Positions 63,515 to 64,000 of a stretch of DNA of 64,000 nt are shown here, piece after piece. The notes beneath the pieces are model-generated. The model saw only the letters and a list, made by a program, of their open reading frames with translations. It made no database searches and had not been told where the DNA came from. Numbering within the stretch: position 1 is the first letter of the stretch; the number at the start of each line of letters is the position of its first letter. The stretch is from Dicyema japonicum (Eukaryota; Animalia; Dicyemida), in contig RDEW01000052.1 of assembly GCA_011109175.1 (NCBI GenBank), forward strand, positions 1-64,000. The letters run 5' to 3'. A program made the translations under genes and the position numbers.

Positions 63515-64000
63515 TCAACTCCCAATGTCTTCTCCTCCAGTCCGAGCACTGTTTTCTTCATCGTGGGCACCCTCTTTGATTGTTGCCCATGGCTCGTCAA
63601 TATTTTCGTTCACGTGGTCAGTCTGTTCGAAATAGATTCCTTCAGTCTCAGCAATGTTCTTTTTAGCGTAGTCTGACACATACTCACCAATATTCGATTG
63701 CACGTGGCAAGTCCCTCCCAAAGAAATACCACAGTCTTCCATTTTATCGAACTCTTGTAATAATGCTGTGCTTTCTCCTTTATATATAGGGGTTTCTGAC
63801 ATTGCGTCATCAACCCATTGCTGGACGGGGTCATTAAACTCCAAATCTGAGTAATTCGGTAAAACCCCATGTGAAGACCACGAAGATATGCTCATTCTAT
63901 CAGAACTACACATCACAAATCAATCAACCACGTGACCTTCAAAGAATCAGAGTCCTCCAGTACCTTTGATTGAGACATGGGAGAGACCGACTGATGATTG
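63515..64000 (-). CDS. 3' end of an unidentified gene entering from the right edge (acidic, low-complexity C-terminus)
   Basis: Frame is open from the window edge through a 23-nt intron (63906-63928) into ORF 63515-63905; no recognisable domain. Confidence 0.55.

Overview
Eukaryotic, AT-rich (about one-third GC by eye) animal genomic DNA with spliceosomal micro-introns of 22-28 nt. This is compatible with a reduced parasite genome such as a dicyemid (taxonomic call is inference only). Real genes are few: a 2-Cys peroxiredoxin (57059-57800), an ARHGAP19-like RhoGAP lacking its arginine finger (52105-53315, -), a secreted Ser/Thr-rich protein with three ShKT domains (39502-40145, -), four same-strand paralogues of a LAMP-like type I membrane protein family (two largely intact, two decayed), tRNA-Phe(GAA), and the 3' end of an unknown gene at the right edge. 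The rest is transposon debris: many CRE-clade and RTE-clade LINE fragments, a complete Buster/Charlie hAT with an 8-bp TSD and host-type micro-introns, a Mutator-like element with a 9-bp TSD, and pogo, Merlin and integrase remnants. The main signal hidden from the ORF track is about ten frameshifted fragments with collinear motifs of mononegavirus-type L polymerases (non-retroviral endogenous viral elements), mostly on the minus strand and in several divergent versions. A second signal is the palindrome CACGTG, which is over-represented and clusters in or next to micro-introns of intact genes. All homology calls come from recalled motifs and manual translation; no searches were run, and boundaries of decayed elements are approximate.
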